The notes beneath the pieces are model-generated. The model made no database searches. It was not told the origin of the DNA and was given only the letters and a program-made list of their open reading frames with translations. Below, piece after piece: positions 1 through 8,555 of a stretch of 64,000 nt of DNA (positions are counted from its first letter, which is position 1; each line of letters begins with the position of its first letter). The translations under genes and the position numbers were made by a program. Origin of the DNA: a plasmid; the sequence record NZ_CP081674.1. The stretch is one strand, 5' to 3'.

Positions 1-98
1 GACAGTTCCCAGCGCACCAGGTCGATCCCGTTGCGCACCCGCGGATCGTCGGGATCTAGGCCTTCGGCTACCGCGGCGAGCCGCTCGTCAGCATCCAT
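1..98 (-). CDS. N-terminal fragment of an unknown protein (MDADERLAAVAEGLDPDDPRVRNGIDLVRWELS...) running off the window start
   Basis: ATG on the minus strand at 98..96 with an open frame to position 1. No domain recognised. Confidence 0.25.
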   Translation of the reverse strand, partial: MDADERLAAVAEGLDPDDPRVRNGIDLVRWEL

Positions 99-259
99 AA
101 CAGGTTCGACGCAGCGTTGGCGCGTTTGGTTCCACTGACCCGGAGCGCTTCCTCAACCCGCCTTCCCCAGCCTGATGCTGCACGCCACCGCATCGAGTTT
201 TCGGTGGAGTTGGGGTGGGTGTTGGAGGTTGGTGGTGGTGTTCGTTCATACTGCGGGGC

Positions 260-1333
260 ATGTCACTTGATGCGCTTGTGGCCGAGGCCGGTCAGGTGCT
301 CGGTGACGCGCGCAAGATGTTTGGGCCTGCGCCGGCGGCCGGCGGATGGTCGAGCACACCGGCGCTGAGCGCTGGTAAGGACAGTTTGGCCCAGGCCGGG
401 GGAGTGCTGGCGGGGTGGGGCGGAGCGAGCGCGACGACGCATCTGTCGGCCAGCGGCGGTCGTGTGGTGGCTCTGGACAATGTGATCGGCGCTGATCGAG
501 GAACTGCGCCGGGTTTCACGGGGGCGGCCCAGACCTCTCAGTCTGGTGGTGGCGGGATGGACGACGTCAACGCCGACACGCGTAGGGGAGTGGCTGCGAT
601 TGCTCCGAGCACCGACACCCCGGCCGGTAAGACGCAGCTGGTCAATCATCTGCAGTCCCAGCTCGACCGTGCCAAAGCGTTGCTCAAGGTTTCCGAGTCG
701 CGCAACGTGATGCTGGCCAATGCGATTCGCAGCGCTGCAGGAGGCTATGGCGGCGGTATGCCGATGGGTGGCGGTATGGGTGGCCCGATGGGCGGCGGGA
801 TGCCCATGGGTGGCGGGGGAATGGGCGGTGGTGGACTACCCGGCCTCGGCGGCGCCGGCCTGATCCCCAACCTCTCCGCCTTCACCCGCGGCGCTGGCTT
901 CAAGAGAAGCGGACCCGGCGGAACATTGGGAGGGCCGGGCACGGCGGCGCTGGCCGGTTCCGGCGGCGGACCTCTGGCCCAGTCAGCGGTCAAAGCAGCG
1001 CTGTCCAAACGCGGAACCCCCTACGTATGGGGCGCTAAGGGTCCCAACGTGTTCGACTGCTCCGGGCTCACCCAGTGGGCATGGCGGCAAGCCGGCGTCA
1101 CACTCGGCCCCGACACCTATAGCCAGGTAAAACAGGGTCTACCCGTGGCCCCCGGTGATGCGCAGGAAGGCGACATCATTTTTCCGAAAGGGTCATGGGG
1201 TGACAGGGGGCCAGGCCACGTCATGCTGGCCATTTCGCCTACCCAGGTGGTGCACGCGCCTCAAACCGGCGACGTCGTCAAGGTCGCGCCGATGCCCGCC
1301 GATTTCGTTGCTCGTCGTCCCGTCGCTGCCTGA
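260..1333 (+). CDS. NlpC/P60 family peptidoglycan hydrolase with a Gly/Met-rich repeat linker
   Basis: The C-terminus (GTPYVWGAKGPNVFDCSGLTQWAW...GHVMLAI...HAP) is a typical NlpC/P60 Cys-His core. The central region has GGMPMGGGMGGPMGGG repeats. The start was moved to the ATG at 260 (MSLDALVAEAG). Confidence 0.8.
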   Translation: MSLDALVAEAGQVLGDARKMFGPAPAAGGWSSTPALSAGKDSLAQAGGVLAGWGGASATTHLSASGGRVVALDNVIGADRGTAPGFTGAAQTSQSGGGGMDDVNADTRRGVAAIAPSTDTPAGKTQLVNHLQSQLDRAKALLKVSESRNVMLANAIRSAAGGYGGGMPMGGGMGGPMGGGMPMGGGGMGGGGLPGLGGAGLIPNLSAFTRGAGFKRSGPGGTLGGPGTAALAGSGGGPLAQSAVKAALSKRGTPYVWGAKGPNVFDCSGLTQWAWRQAGVTLGPDTYSQVKQGLPVAPGDAQEGDIIFPKGSWGDRGPGHVMLAISPTQVVHAPQTGDVVKVAPMPADFVARRPVAA

Positions 1334-1352
1334 GCCTGGAAGCGGCCCCAAC

Positions 1353-1958
1353 TCAGCTCACCTGACGAGCAGCATCCCTGAGAACCTCGCGCTGGCGGTG
1401 AACATCGGCTAGCGCCGACATCGTCTCGTCGAACGCATCGGCCGCGTGCGGAAGGCTCGCGGCAATCACCTTTTCCAACTCCAGCAACATGCGGTCGAGC
1501 TCACGCAACGCCGGACCGGTCTCTGGATCATCGTGGCGCAGCATCACCGCGATCGACTTCGTCGCGATGGCTGCTACCGCACTGGCGATCGCCATGGTGT
1601 GCACCGTGGTCGACGCAGCACCCGTTGGCGACTGCGCCCCGACATGGGTGTGCACGACCGGCTCAGCCGCGGCTGGTCGCTCTCGACCGGTGTGGCCGGC
1701 GGGCGGTTCGTCACGCAGCATCGAGCGCAGGGTGCCGGGCGGCCAGTTCAGGGCAGTTTCCAGTTTGCGTTGGTTGCCCTCGCGGGGAAAGGTGCGCCCC
1801 CGTTCCAAGAACGCGGCGGTGTTCAGAGCGACACCTGCTGCCTCAGCCAGATCGCGTTGCGTGGCCATACCCATTTCGAGACGCCGGTCAGCCACAGCCC
1901 GGCCCACACGTGCGATCGCCGGGTCAACGCCGTCCGCCTCGTGTTCCGCCTTCGCCAT
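1353..1958 (-). CDS. XRE-family helix-turn-helix transcriptional regulator
   Basis: HTH motif MATQRDLAEAAGVALNTAAFLERG. Divergent from the + gene at 2106. The start was chosen at MAKAEHE, though the ORF could extend to 2102. Confidence 0.6.
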   Translation of the reverse strand: MAKAEHEADGVDPAIARVGRAVADRRLEMGMATQRDLAEAAGVALNTAAFLERGRTFPREGNQRKLETALNWPPGTLRSMLRDEPPAGHTGRERPAAAEPVVHTHVGAQSPTGAASTTVHTMAIASAVAAIATKSIAVMLRHDDPETGPALRELDRMLLELEKVIAASLPHAADAFDETMSALADVHRQREVLRDAARQVS

Positions 1959-2105
1959 CGCCACTTCCCGCTCGAATGCCTCACAAACTGCTGCTCGCAC
2001 ACTTGTGTCTTGTGAACCACAACTATAGGGCCTGATCAACCATAGAAGGCCAAACACGACCTGGTTTGTAGACATCCGCCCGTAATAGTCAACTAAACTC
2101 AACTA

Positions 2106-2720
2106 ATGTTGAGTCAACTCACCCGCAAGGGGCATCCCGCCGCGACGGTCGCACCATCACCGCAGGTCACAGCCCGGACCGCGGCCATGGTCCTCATCGC
2201 TGCTGACACACTTGCCCGCGTCCGGCAGCGCTACCAACAATTCGTGGGCGATCCACGCTCAGCGCTGGACCGCCCAACACTGGCCGACAGTGCCGACCGC
2301 TTCGCACGAGCACTCGCCAAGGCATTCGACGACGCAGCCGAACAGCTCACGAAGTGCCCGCCCGCAGACCCGGCGGGGGCGGCATCCGCCCTCGCCGCGG
2401 CGCACGCCGCCGAATACGCATTTGACCTGGCAGACCAACACGCCCGACGCTCAGCTCGCCGCGGACTATATCCAGGCGGAACCCCGCCGCTCGATGCCCG
2501 AGCACTCGACCTCATCGAGGAGGCGCGGGCCAGCCTGGAACTCGCTGCCGAATCGACCGATGCTCACATTCGGCGCAATCACCGCCTCCGCGCACAGGCA
2601 CTCGTGGCATCCGCCGGAGTCGTGATCCCCGAATTGCTGGAACCGGCCTGGACCGCGATCAGCGACGACCCGGGCCACGTCGAAAGCCGTGCGCAGTTTT
2701 GCTCAACAAAGAGCATGTAG
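2106..2720 (+). CDS. hypothetical protein
   Basis: 204-aa ORF with protein-like composition. TCAACTAAA-type motifs flank it. Confidence 0.5.
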   Translation: MLSQLTRKGHPAATVAPSPQVTARTAAMVLIAADTLARVRQRYQQFVGDPRSALDRPTLADSADRFARALAKAFDDAAEQLTKCPPADPAGAASALAAAHAAEYAFDLADQHARRSARRGLYPGGTPPLDARALDLIEEARASLELAAESTDAHIRRNHRLRAQALVASAGVVIPELLEPAWTAISDDPGHVESRAQFCSTKSM

Positions 2721-2794
2721 AAAATCAACTAAAGGCGTGATATAACAACCATAGTTGACTACACAGGGTCGTCTTTACGCAGAAGGGGTCGACA

Positions 2795-3235
2795 ATGGCG
2801 GACACACCGAGCGGCACTCCTCAGACACGCGGCCTGTGCCGCTACGACAATCCCGACAAGTGGTTCCCACGGCACCCCGTGCCACGCGCCCGCGTCATCC
2901 GGATCTGCAACAACTGCCCGTTTCAGCCTCAATGCGCCCAGGCCGCCCTCGATCTCGCAGAAACCGACGGCGTCTGGGCAGGCGTCCAGCTCCCGGGTGA
3001 CCGCGCCGAAGACGGCGACATGGATGAGGCGCGCGAGAAGCTTCGCAAGGTCGCCGCGCGACAGCTCCATCCTCAGGAGTTCAACCGCCGCAACGACATC
3101 GCAGCCGCAATGCGCTTCGTCGCCACCGAACAACGCAAGTTCGACCAGGCATGGACCAACGCCCACGCCGAACACACGCGCCGTCGCGCCATTACTGCCG
3201 TCGCCGCCGCCCGCAAGGAGCAGATCGGTGCCTGA
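2795..3235 (+). CDS. WhiB-like (Wbl) Fe-S transcriptional regulator
   Basis: Four-Cys pattern (C15, C38, C41, C47) plus the GVWAG turn motif characteristic of WhiB proteins. RBS gaagggg upstream of the ATG. Confidence 0.8.
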   Translation: MADTPSGTPQTRGLCRYDNPDKWFPRHPVPRARVIRICNNCPFQPQCAQAALDLAETDGVWAGVQLPGDRAEDGDMDEAREKLRKVAARQLHPQEFNRRNDIAAAMRFVATEQRKFDQAWTNAHAEHTRRRAITAVAAARKEQIGA

Positions 3236-3593
3236 TCGAAAGTTTGAGCAGCACCTCAACACCATGCTGCGCGATGACATCCTGGCTCAACTTCGCACCG
3301 CGGCGCAGCCGCGCAGTACCAGCGAGCTGCGAGCCAACGCACCAGCTCAGCCGCTACAGCCTGGTGGAACCGAACACTATCCGCCATTGCAAGAGCGCGT
3401 GTACCGAGCTCTGCTCAAACTCCACGCCGACGGAAAGATCATCAAGCATCCCGCCCGTGGCCGCATCGTCACCTGGTCGGCAGCGCGCAGCTGCGACGAC
3501 GACGAAATCGACCGCCTCGAGGACGCCTTCAACGCTCCCTGCAGCGCCTACGCGCTTCAACTCCTGCTGGGGCGAAAGGGATCACCGTCATGA
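3228..3593 (+). CDS. hypothetical protein
   Basis: GTG start overlapping the whiB-like stop. 121-aa ORF (VPDRKFEQHLNTMLRDD...). Confidence 0.4.
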   Translation: MPDRKFEQHLNTMLRDDILAQLRTAAQPRSTSELRANAPAQPLQPGGTEHYPPLQERVYRALLKLHADGKIIKHPARGRIVTWSAARSCDDDEIDRLEDAFNAPCSAYALQLLLGRKGSPS

Positions 3594-4066
3594 CGTCACG
3601 CATGGCTCCCAACGTCGGCGACGAATTGAACGATGAGTACGCAGCCCCCCACGACTCCGCCGCTGGCCCATTGAGCTGGTCCGAAATTGCCTCTACAGGG
3701 ACCATGACCGCCACCGCGCGTTCCTGCGCGGCTATCGAAGCAAGCGCAGCCGACAGCGCATCCACCTCAGCAGCAAGGGCGCACCGCTCCGCAATGTCAG
3801 CGTTGGATGCCGAGGGCAGGGCGAGCCAATCAGCTGCCAGCGGGGTGAACAGCCAGGTGAACCAGGTGAACTCGTGGTCCATCTGGTTCTTCGTACTCGG
3901 CATCCTCCTCGGTGTCATCCTCTGCCTTGCAGGGATCTTGACCACCATCCGCCTCCTTGAGGACAGCCGGCCGCCAGTCAGTGGTCAGCAACCGATAGTG
4001 GTCACCGAATACCCGCTGCCTCAGCCATTTTCGCCTTCTGACCTACCTGGTCTGATCCGAGGCTGA
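3590..4066 (+). CDS. hypothetical membrane protein (single TM helix)
   Basis: ATGA-type overlap with the upstream gene. Hydrophobic segment WSIWFFVLGILLGVILCLAGILTTI. Confidence 0.5.
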   Translation: MTSRMAPNVGDELNDEYAAPHDSAAGPLSWSEIASTGTMTATARSCAAIEASAADSASTSAARAHRSAMSALDAEGRASQSAASGVNSQVNQVNSWSIWFFVLGILLGVILCLAGILTTIRLLEDSRPPVSGQQPIVVTEYPLPQPFSPSDLPGLIRG

Positions 4067-4067
4067 C

Positions 4068-4559
4068 ATGAGCGCCACCATCAGTACACCGAACCCAGGG
4101 TCCTGGCTGGGGGTGCTACTGCGCAGGCAACCACACCAAATCATCTACAACCATGGTGCGCCGTACCTGCAGCGGTGGTATCTCATTCCGCGAAACCCGC
4201 TGTGCAACATCTATCTGCACCGCTTCGTGGCATCCGACGACCCGACGTGCCACGACCATCCATGGTGGTTCGCATCGCTGATCCTCACTGGCGGCTACAC
4301 CGAGGTCCAACCCAGTCGGATCACCTCCCGCCGCCCCGGCAGCCTAGCGCTGCACCAGGCCCAGCACCGCCACAGCGTGCGGCTGCCTCGCACTCCTGAG
4401 GGAAACGAAATCCCTTGCCTAACTCTCGTCGTCACCGGCCCTCGCGTGCGTGACTGGGGCTTCTGGTGCCCGCTGCGCAACGGCAGCTACCGATTCGTGC
4501 CCTGGAGGCAATTCGGCCCCGGCGGTTGTGGAGAAAGCGAGAGTGAGGCACAGCCATGA
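4068..4559 (+). CDS. hypothetical protein with a conserved His-rich motif (LHRF...DDPTCHDHPWW)
   Basis: 163-aa ORF. The motifs suggest a metal-binding enzyme of unknown family. Confidence 0.45.
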   Translation: MSATISTPNPGSWLGVLLRRQPHQIIYNHGAPYLQRWYLIPRNPLCNIYLHRFVASDDPTCHDHPWWFASLILTGGYTEVQPSRITSRRPGSLALHQAQHRHSVRLPRTPEGNEIPCLTLVVTGPRVRDWGFWCPLRNGSYRFVPWRQFGPGGCGESESEAQP

Positions 4560-5530
4560 TCCGGCCCTCAGCGAGCATCCAACGCCTCCATGCCATTCCA
4601 GCACCCGCCGCTCGAACCGGGCCACACCGTCACACGGTCCACAGCAGTGACGGTGTGAGGCTGTGCGTCTGCGATCACATCCCCGACGGGAATATCGAAC
4701 ACACCGTCGTGCTCCTCCACGGACTGTGCCTGCGAAGGCAGTCCTGGTACCGCCCAGCCCGAGCCCGACGCCGCCCAGGCATCCGCATCATCCAGCCCGA
4801 CCACCGAGGACACGGCCGGTCCGAGCAGGCGCCGCTACACACCTATACACCAGACCGGCTCGCCCAAGATCTCGCTGAGGTCCTCACCGCTTTGCACGTC
4901 ACCGGCCCGCTCACCCTCGCCGGGCACTCCATGGGCGGAATGACCGCGTTGAGCTACCTTGCCCGCCCGGTCAGCCAACAACCCGTACGCCCGCAGGGAC
5001 TCGTCCTTATCGCGACCTCGGCCGGCAGGCTCACCGATCACGGCCTCGGCCGCATGCTCGCTCTGCCCGGCCTCGACACCGCCATCAACCTGGCCCAGCA
5101 CTTTCCCCAGGCACTCACTGAGCGAGTCATGCGCGCCCTGGCGCAACCACTGTGCGATCTGGTCACCCACGACAAGACGGTTTCCGCGTCACTGGCCGAT
5201 GCGTTCAGATCCACTCCGACATCAACCACACTGGGGTTCTTGCAATCCCTTAAGACCTACGACCGCCACCACGTGCTGCCCAACATCTGCGCAGCCACCA
5301 CCGTGATCAGCGGGGGGACAGACCTTCTCACTCCACCCGTCCACTCCGACGCCATGGCCGCGGCTATTCCCGATGTCACGCGCATACACCTGCCCCACGC
5401 CGGCCACATGCTGCTGGGTGAGGCCGCCACCACCGTCAGCGACGCAATCCTGCGCACCGCCACCAACCCAGACGTCCAGCTGTACTCGTCCGACCAGGAT
5501 CAACGAACGGCCATCTCGGCGCCTGCATGA
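4556..5530 (+). CDS. alpha/beta hydrolase fold protein
   Basis: HG oxyanion motif (VVLLHGL) and GHSMGG nucleophile elbow. ATGA overlap with the upstream gene. Confidence 0.75.
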   Translation: MIRPSASIQRLHAIPAPAARTGPHRHTVHSSDGVRLCVCDHIPDGNIEHTVVLLHGLCLRRQSWYRPARARRRPGIRIIQPDHRGHGRSEQAPLHTYTPDRLAQDLAEVLTALHVTGPLTLAGHSMGGMTALSYLARPVSQQPVRPQGLVLIATSAGRLTDHGLGRMLALPGLDTAINLAQHFPQALTERVMRALAQPLCDLVTHDKTVSASLADAFRSTPTSTTLGFLQSLKTYDRHHVLPNICAATTVISGGTDLLTPPVHSDAMAAAIPDVTRIHLPHAGHMLLGEAATTVSDAILRTATNPDVQLYSSDQDQRTAISAPA

Positions 5531-5558
5531 CCGGCCCCTCGGTGAAAGGAATCCCATC

Positions 5559-5702
5559 ATGGCCACGACACTCTGCACCGATCAACGTCCGGTCGCGGCT
5601 CGACCGCCCGCACCTGCGCCCGACCTCGCCGACAATCTCACTCTCATGCTGACCGCGCGGCGCCGCCGCCACCTGCGCCGCTCCGCCTGGACGACACGAT
5701 GA
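5559..5702 (+). CDS. small Arg-rich protein (47 aa) translationally coupled to the downstream MTase
   Basis: RBS ggtgaaagga 6 nt upstream of the ATG. The stop overlaps the MTase start (ATGA). Confidence 0.3.
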   Translation: MATTLCTDQRPVAARPPAPAPDLADNLTLMLTARRRRHLRRSAWTTR

Positions 5703-6823
5703 CCCGGGCACACAAGTATCGCGTGTCCACACTCGATCGCGCCCAGCACAGCGCGCCCCGTCCCACCCTGTCACCGTACTTCCGCGACGACCAGGTGACG
5801 CTGTACCACGGCAAGGCGCTCGACGTCGCACGCGAACTGCCCAGTGGCTCAGTGGATTGCATCGTCACCAGCCCGCCATATTTCAACCTCCGCGACTACG
5901 GTGCCGAAGGACAGTACGGGCTGGAGTCAACACCAGCGGAATACGTTGCCAACCTTCGAGACCTCTTCAGCGAGCTGCGCCGCGTCCTCACCGACGACGG
6001 CACCCTATGGCTCAACCTCGGCGACACCTACAGCACCCGTGCTGACGCTTCAGCTGGGCCAACCTCAGGACGCAGCCGACCCGACGTCATGCCCGGGCGA
6101 ATCAACACCACCGGCACCATCGGCCGGAAGCAGCTCCTCGGAATCCCCTGGAGGGTGGCCTTCGCGCTCCAGGATGACGGCTGGATCCTGCGCCGAGACA
6201 TCGTCTGGGAAAAGCCCTGTGCCAAACCCGAAAGTGTCACCGATCGACCGTCATCACGACACGAATATGTCTTCCTGCTCACGAAATCACCGAACTACTG
6301 GTTCGACCTCGACGCCATCCGCGAATCTCACGCTGAGACCAGCATTAAAAGGGTAGCCGCCCACCGCTCACCAACAGGACGCGCTGCCCGTGAAGGCAAA
6401 CCCTATGTCGGAGAAGGGAAGCGGGAAACGATGCGCCTCGACCAAATGAACCACCCCCGAGGTCGCAACCCCGGCGACGTCTGGTCGATCAGCACCATCC
6501 CATTCCCACACGCTCATTTCGCCGTCATGCCACCCACACTGGCCCAAAAGTGCGTCATCGCCGGATACAAACCCGGAGGGATCGTCCTCGATCCGTGCAA
6601 CGGTGCAGGAACAACCGGCCTGGCAGCCCAACGCACCGGGCGCCGATACATCGGCATTGATATCAACGCCGACTACCTCGACCTCTCACTACGCACACGT
6701 CTGCGCGACGCCACATTGGACTTCTGCGTCGTCGACTCCGCCGCCGACATGCCCGAACCCAACGGCGATGGCCACGACACAGCCCCCACTCTCTACAGCA
6801 TCGCAAGCGAAGACGCATCGTGA
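5699..6823 (+). CDS. beta-class DNA methyltransferase (N4-cytosine or N6-adenine)
   Basis: Motif IV DCIVTSPPY (SPPY) near the N-terminus and motif I LDPCNGAGTTGLAA near the C-terminus. No adjacent restriction endonuclease. Confidence 0.85.
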   Translation: MTRAHKYRVSTLDRAQHSAPRPTLSPYFRDDQVTLYHGKALDVARELPSGSVDCIVTSPPYFNLRDYGAEGQYGLESTPAEYVANLRDLFSELRRVLTDDGTLWLNLGDTYSTRADASAGPTSGRSRPDVMPGRINTTGTIGRKQLLGIPWRVAFALQDDGWILRRDIVWEKPCAKPESVTDRPSSRHEYVFLLTKSPNYWFDLDAIRESHAETSIKRVAAHRSPTGRAAREGKPYVGEGKRETMRLDQMNHPRGRNPGDVWSISTIPFPHAHFAVMPPTLAQKCVIAGYKPGGIVLDPCNGAGTTGLAAQRTGRRYIGIDINADYLDLSLRTRLRDATLDFCVVDSAADMPEPNGDGHDTAPTLYSIASEDAS

Positions 6824-6881
6824 CCAAACCGCCCGACGACGCTCACCACCACTGCCACCGAGCGAATGGACTGACCCTTTC

Positions 6882-7232
6882 ATGCCCCTGACCGCGCTGA
6901 TACCGCCTCCGTCGCAATGCCGCACATGCGGGCATCCGATCCGCTGGACCTACGCCTATGTGGCCGCACCGGATACCCAACAGGGCATGTCCGCGTCCCG
7001 ACTCGAAAAGACAGTCCTACCAAGGTGCCCCGGCGGCTGCGGACAGACCGTCAGCGACCACCACGATCCGTGCGACTCCTGCTGGGACCGGTTGCCGACC
7101 GAGCTGAAACGCGGCCTACTGCTCTCCCTCACAGGTCTCGACATCAACGCTGCCCGCATCAACGTCGCCGCCTACTTGCATGCCAATCCAGGGCAGACAA
7201 GGAACCTAACCGAAAGGACGAATGAATCATGA
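6882..7232 (+). CDS. hypothetical Cys-rich (zinc-ribbon-like) protein
   Basis: CRTCGHP...CPGGCGQ...HHDPCDSCWD Cys clusters. Confidence 0.4.
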   Translation: MPLTALIPPPSQCRTCGHPIRWTYAYVAAPDTQQGMSASRLEKTVLPRCPGGCGQTVSDHHDPCDSCWDRLPTELKRGLLLSLTGLDINAARINVAAYLHANPGQTRNLTERTNES

Positions 7233-7687
7233 GCACTCACACCCTCTCTCGACACATCCGTCCACCCCGCACTGTGGGGCGACGTCTTCGGCTCTTCCTG
7301 CGACACGACCCTCTCGCGCGCATCTCAAGCCCCAACGACGCGATCACGCTGGCTGATCAAACGCTGACCGGCATCGGCATCACCTACAGGGACACCATCT
7401 GGTGGTCGGGCATCGCGCGTACCCCGCTGGCCGCCCTCATCCACACGGCATCCGGGGCCGGTCACGGGCACGGAATCCAATGGGTACTCGACACGGCCCG
7501 CCAGCTGCACCTGGCTGACGTGACAGACCCGCTGTGGAACCAGGCTCAGGCATGCTGCAACCGGCCCACCACCACGATGACGCTGCGAACCGCACTTGCT
7601 CAGCTGCGGACTCTGCCGGTCGAGCATCGTCGCCACATCACCGCGTTGTTGGTCGAGGCCGCGGCCTGCCTACAGCAGAGCCGATGA
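7229..7687 (+). CDS. hypothetical protein
   Basis: 152-aa ORF with ATGA overlap to the upstream gene. Confidence 0.45.
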   Translation: MSTHTLSRHIRPPRTVGRRLRLFLRHDPLARISSPNDAITLADQTLTGIGITYRDTIWWSGIARTPLAALIHTASGAGHGHGIQWVLDTARQLHLADVTDPLWNQAQACCNRPTTTMTLRTALAQLRTLPVEHRRHITALLVEAAACLQQSR

Positions 7688-7745
7688 CCTCATCTCGCGC
7701 CGGATGCCGACATCTGTCACCTCGACCGGCGGCAAGGAGGCCGCG

Positions 7746-8555
7746 ATGAGCGCCGTCAACCCTCGCGCGGCGGCGGCCCGAGCTCGCCGTAAAGCCCTTG
7801 CCGAGCAGGGATGGCGGAACTTCTGCGCCGCGCTGGGCTACCCAGATCCCGACACCATCACCCAGGAGAGGACAATATGGCAGGAAAGCGACGCACAGGT
7901 CCGGGCCAAGATCAGCCCGATCTGTTCAGCATCCTCGACGGGGAAGGTGGCAGTGACCAGCCCGGAGATACGCCAGATCGTGGACAACATCTACAGCCAG
8001 CACCTCCAACTACCCCAGAACTGGACCGCCGGCCAGCGCGAGAAGTTCCTGGAGAACGAGGCTTCGCGGATCAGCCTGCAGATCGCGGACCTAGCAGCCC
8101 AAATGGGGGAGCAGGCCGTTCAACACTGGCAGAACCAGAACGGTCACCCGCCGGACTATCTGACCAAAGTCGGGCTGCTGAACAACGCCCGGTCGCAGGC
8201 GATGGAAACAGTGCTCAACAACGAACTCTACGAACAGATTCCCCAGACCGAGGACCCCAACGATCTCGAAGCACCGACGACCGAGACACTGGCTCGCAGC
8301 CAGGTGCCCTGGGATCAGCGCTGGACGAGCCCCCGGTATCGCAGCGAGCCCAGCGAGCAGATCGAGGACCTGGCCGCGGCGATTTGGCCGGCCCCGGATT
8401 TCTCGGCGGTGTTTCGGATCAAGGCGCAGTATCTGCTGGCGGCCCGCGCCGAGGACCAGCTTCCGCTGCCCACCCATCAGCACGACCCGCTGGCCGCGAC
8501 ACTGGCCGACCTGGTCTACAACGATCTGCGCCACGACGGCCTGCCAGAGCGCTAG
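7746..8555 (+). CDS. hypothetical protein (269 aa), possibly the N-terminal part of the downstream MTase-helicase
   Basis: Strong RBS aaggagg 5 nt before the ATG at 7746. Codon third-position GC is high and the amino-acid composition is diverse in this frame across 7746-8552. Confidence 0.55.
   Translation: MSAVNPRAAAARARRKALAEQGWRNFCAALGYPDPDTITQERTIWQESDAQVRAKISPICSASSTGKVAVTSPEIRQIVDNIYSQHLQLPQNWTAGQREKFLENEASRISLQIADLAAQMGEQAVQHWQNQNGHPPDYLTKVGLLNNARSQAMETVLNNELYEQIPQTEDPNDLEAPTTETLARSQVPWDQRWTSPRYRSEPSEQIEDLAAAIWPAPDFSAVFRIKAQYLLAARAEDQLPLPTHQHDPLAATLADLVYNDLRHDGLPER

Noticed and set aside
7811-7876. The listed start of the 2,072-aa ORF at 7811
   Set aside because: There is no RBS, whereas an in-frame ATG at 7877 has GGAGAG upstream. 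Even that start is doubtful because the overlapping 7746 frame is the better coding frame (see findings).
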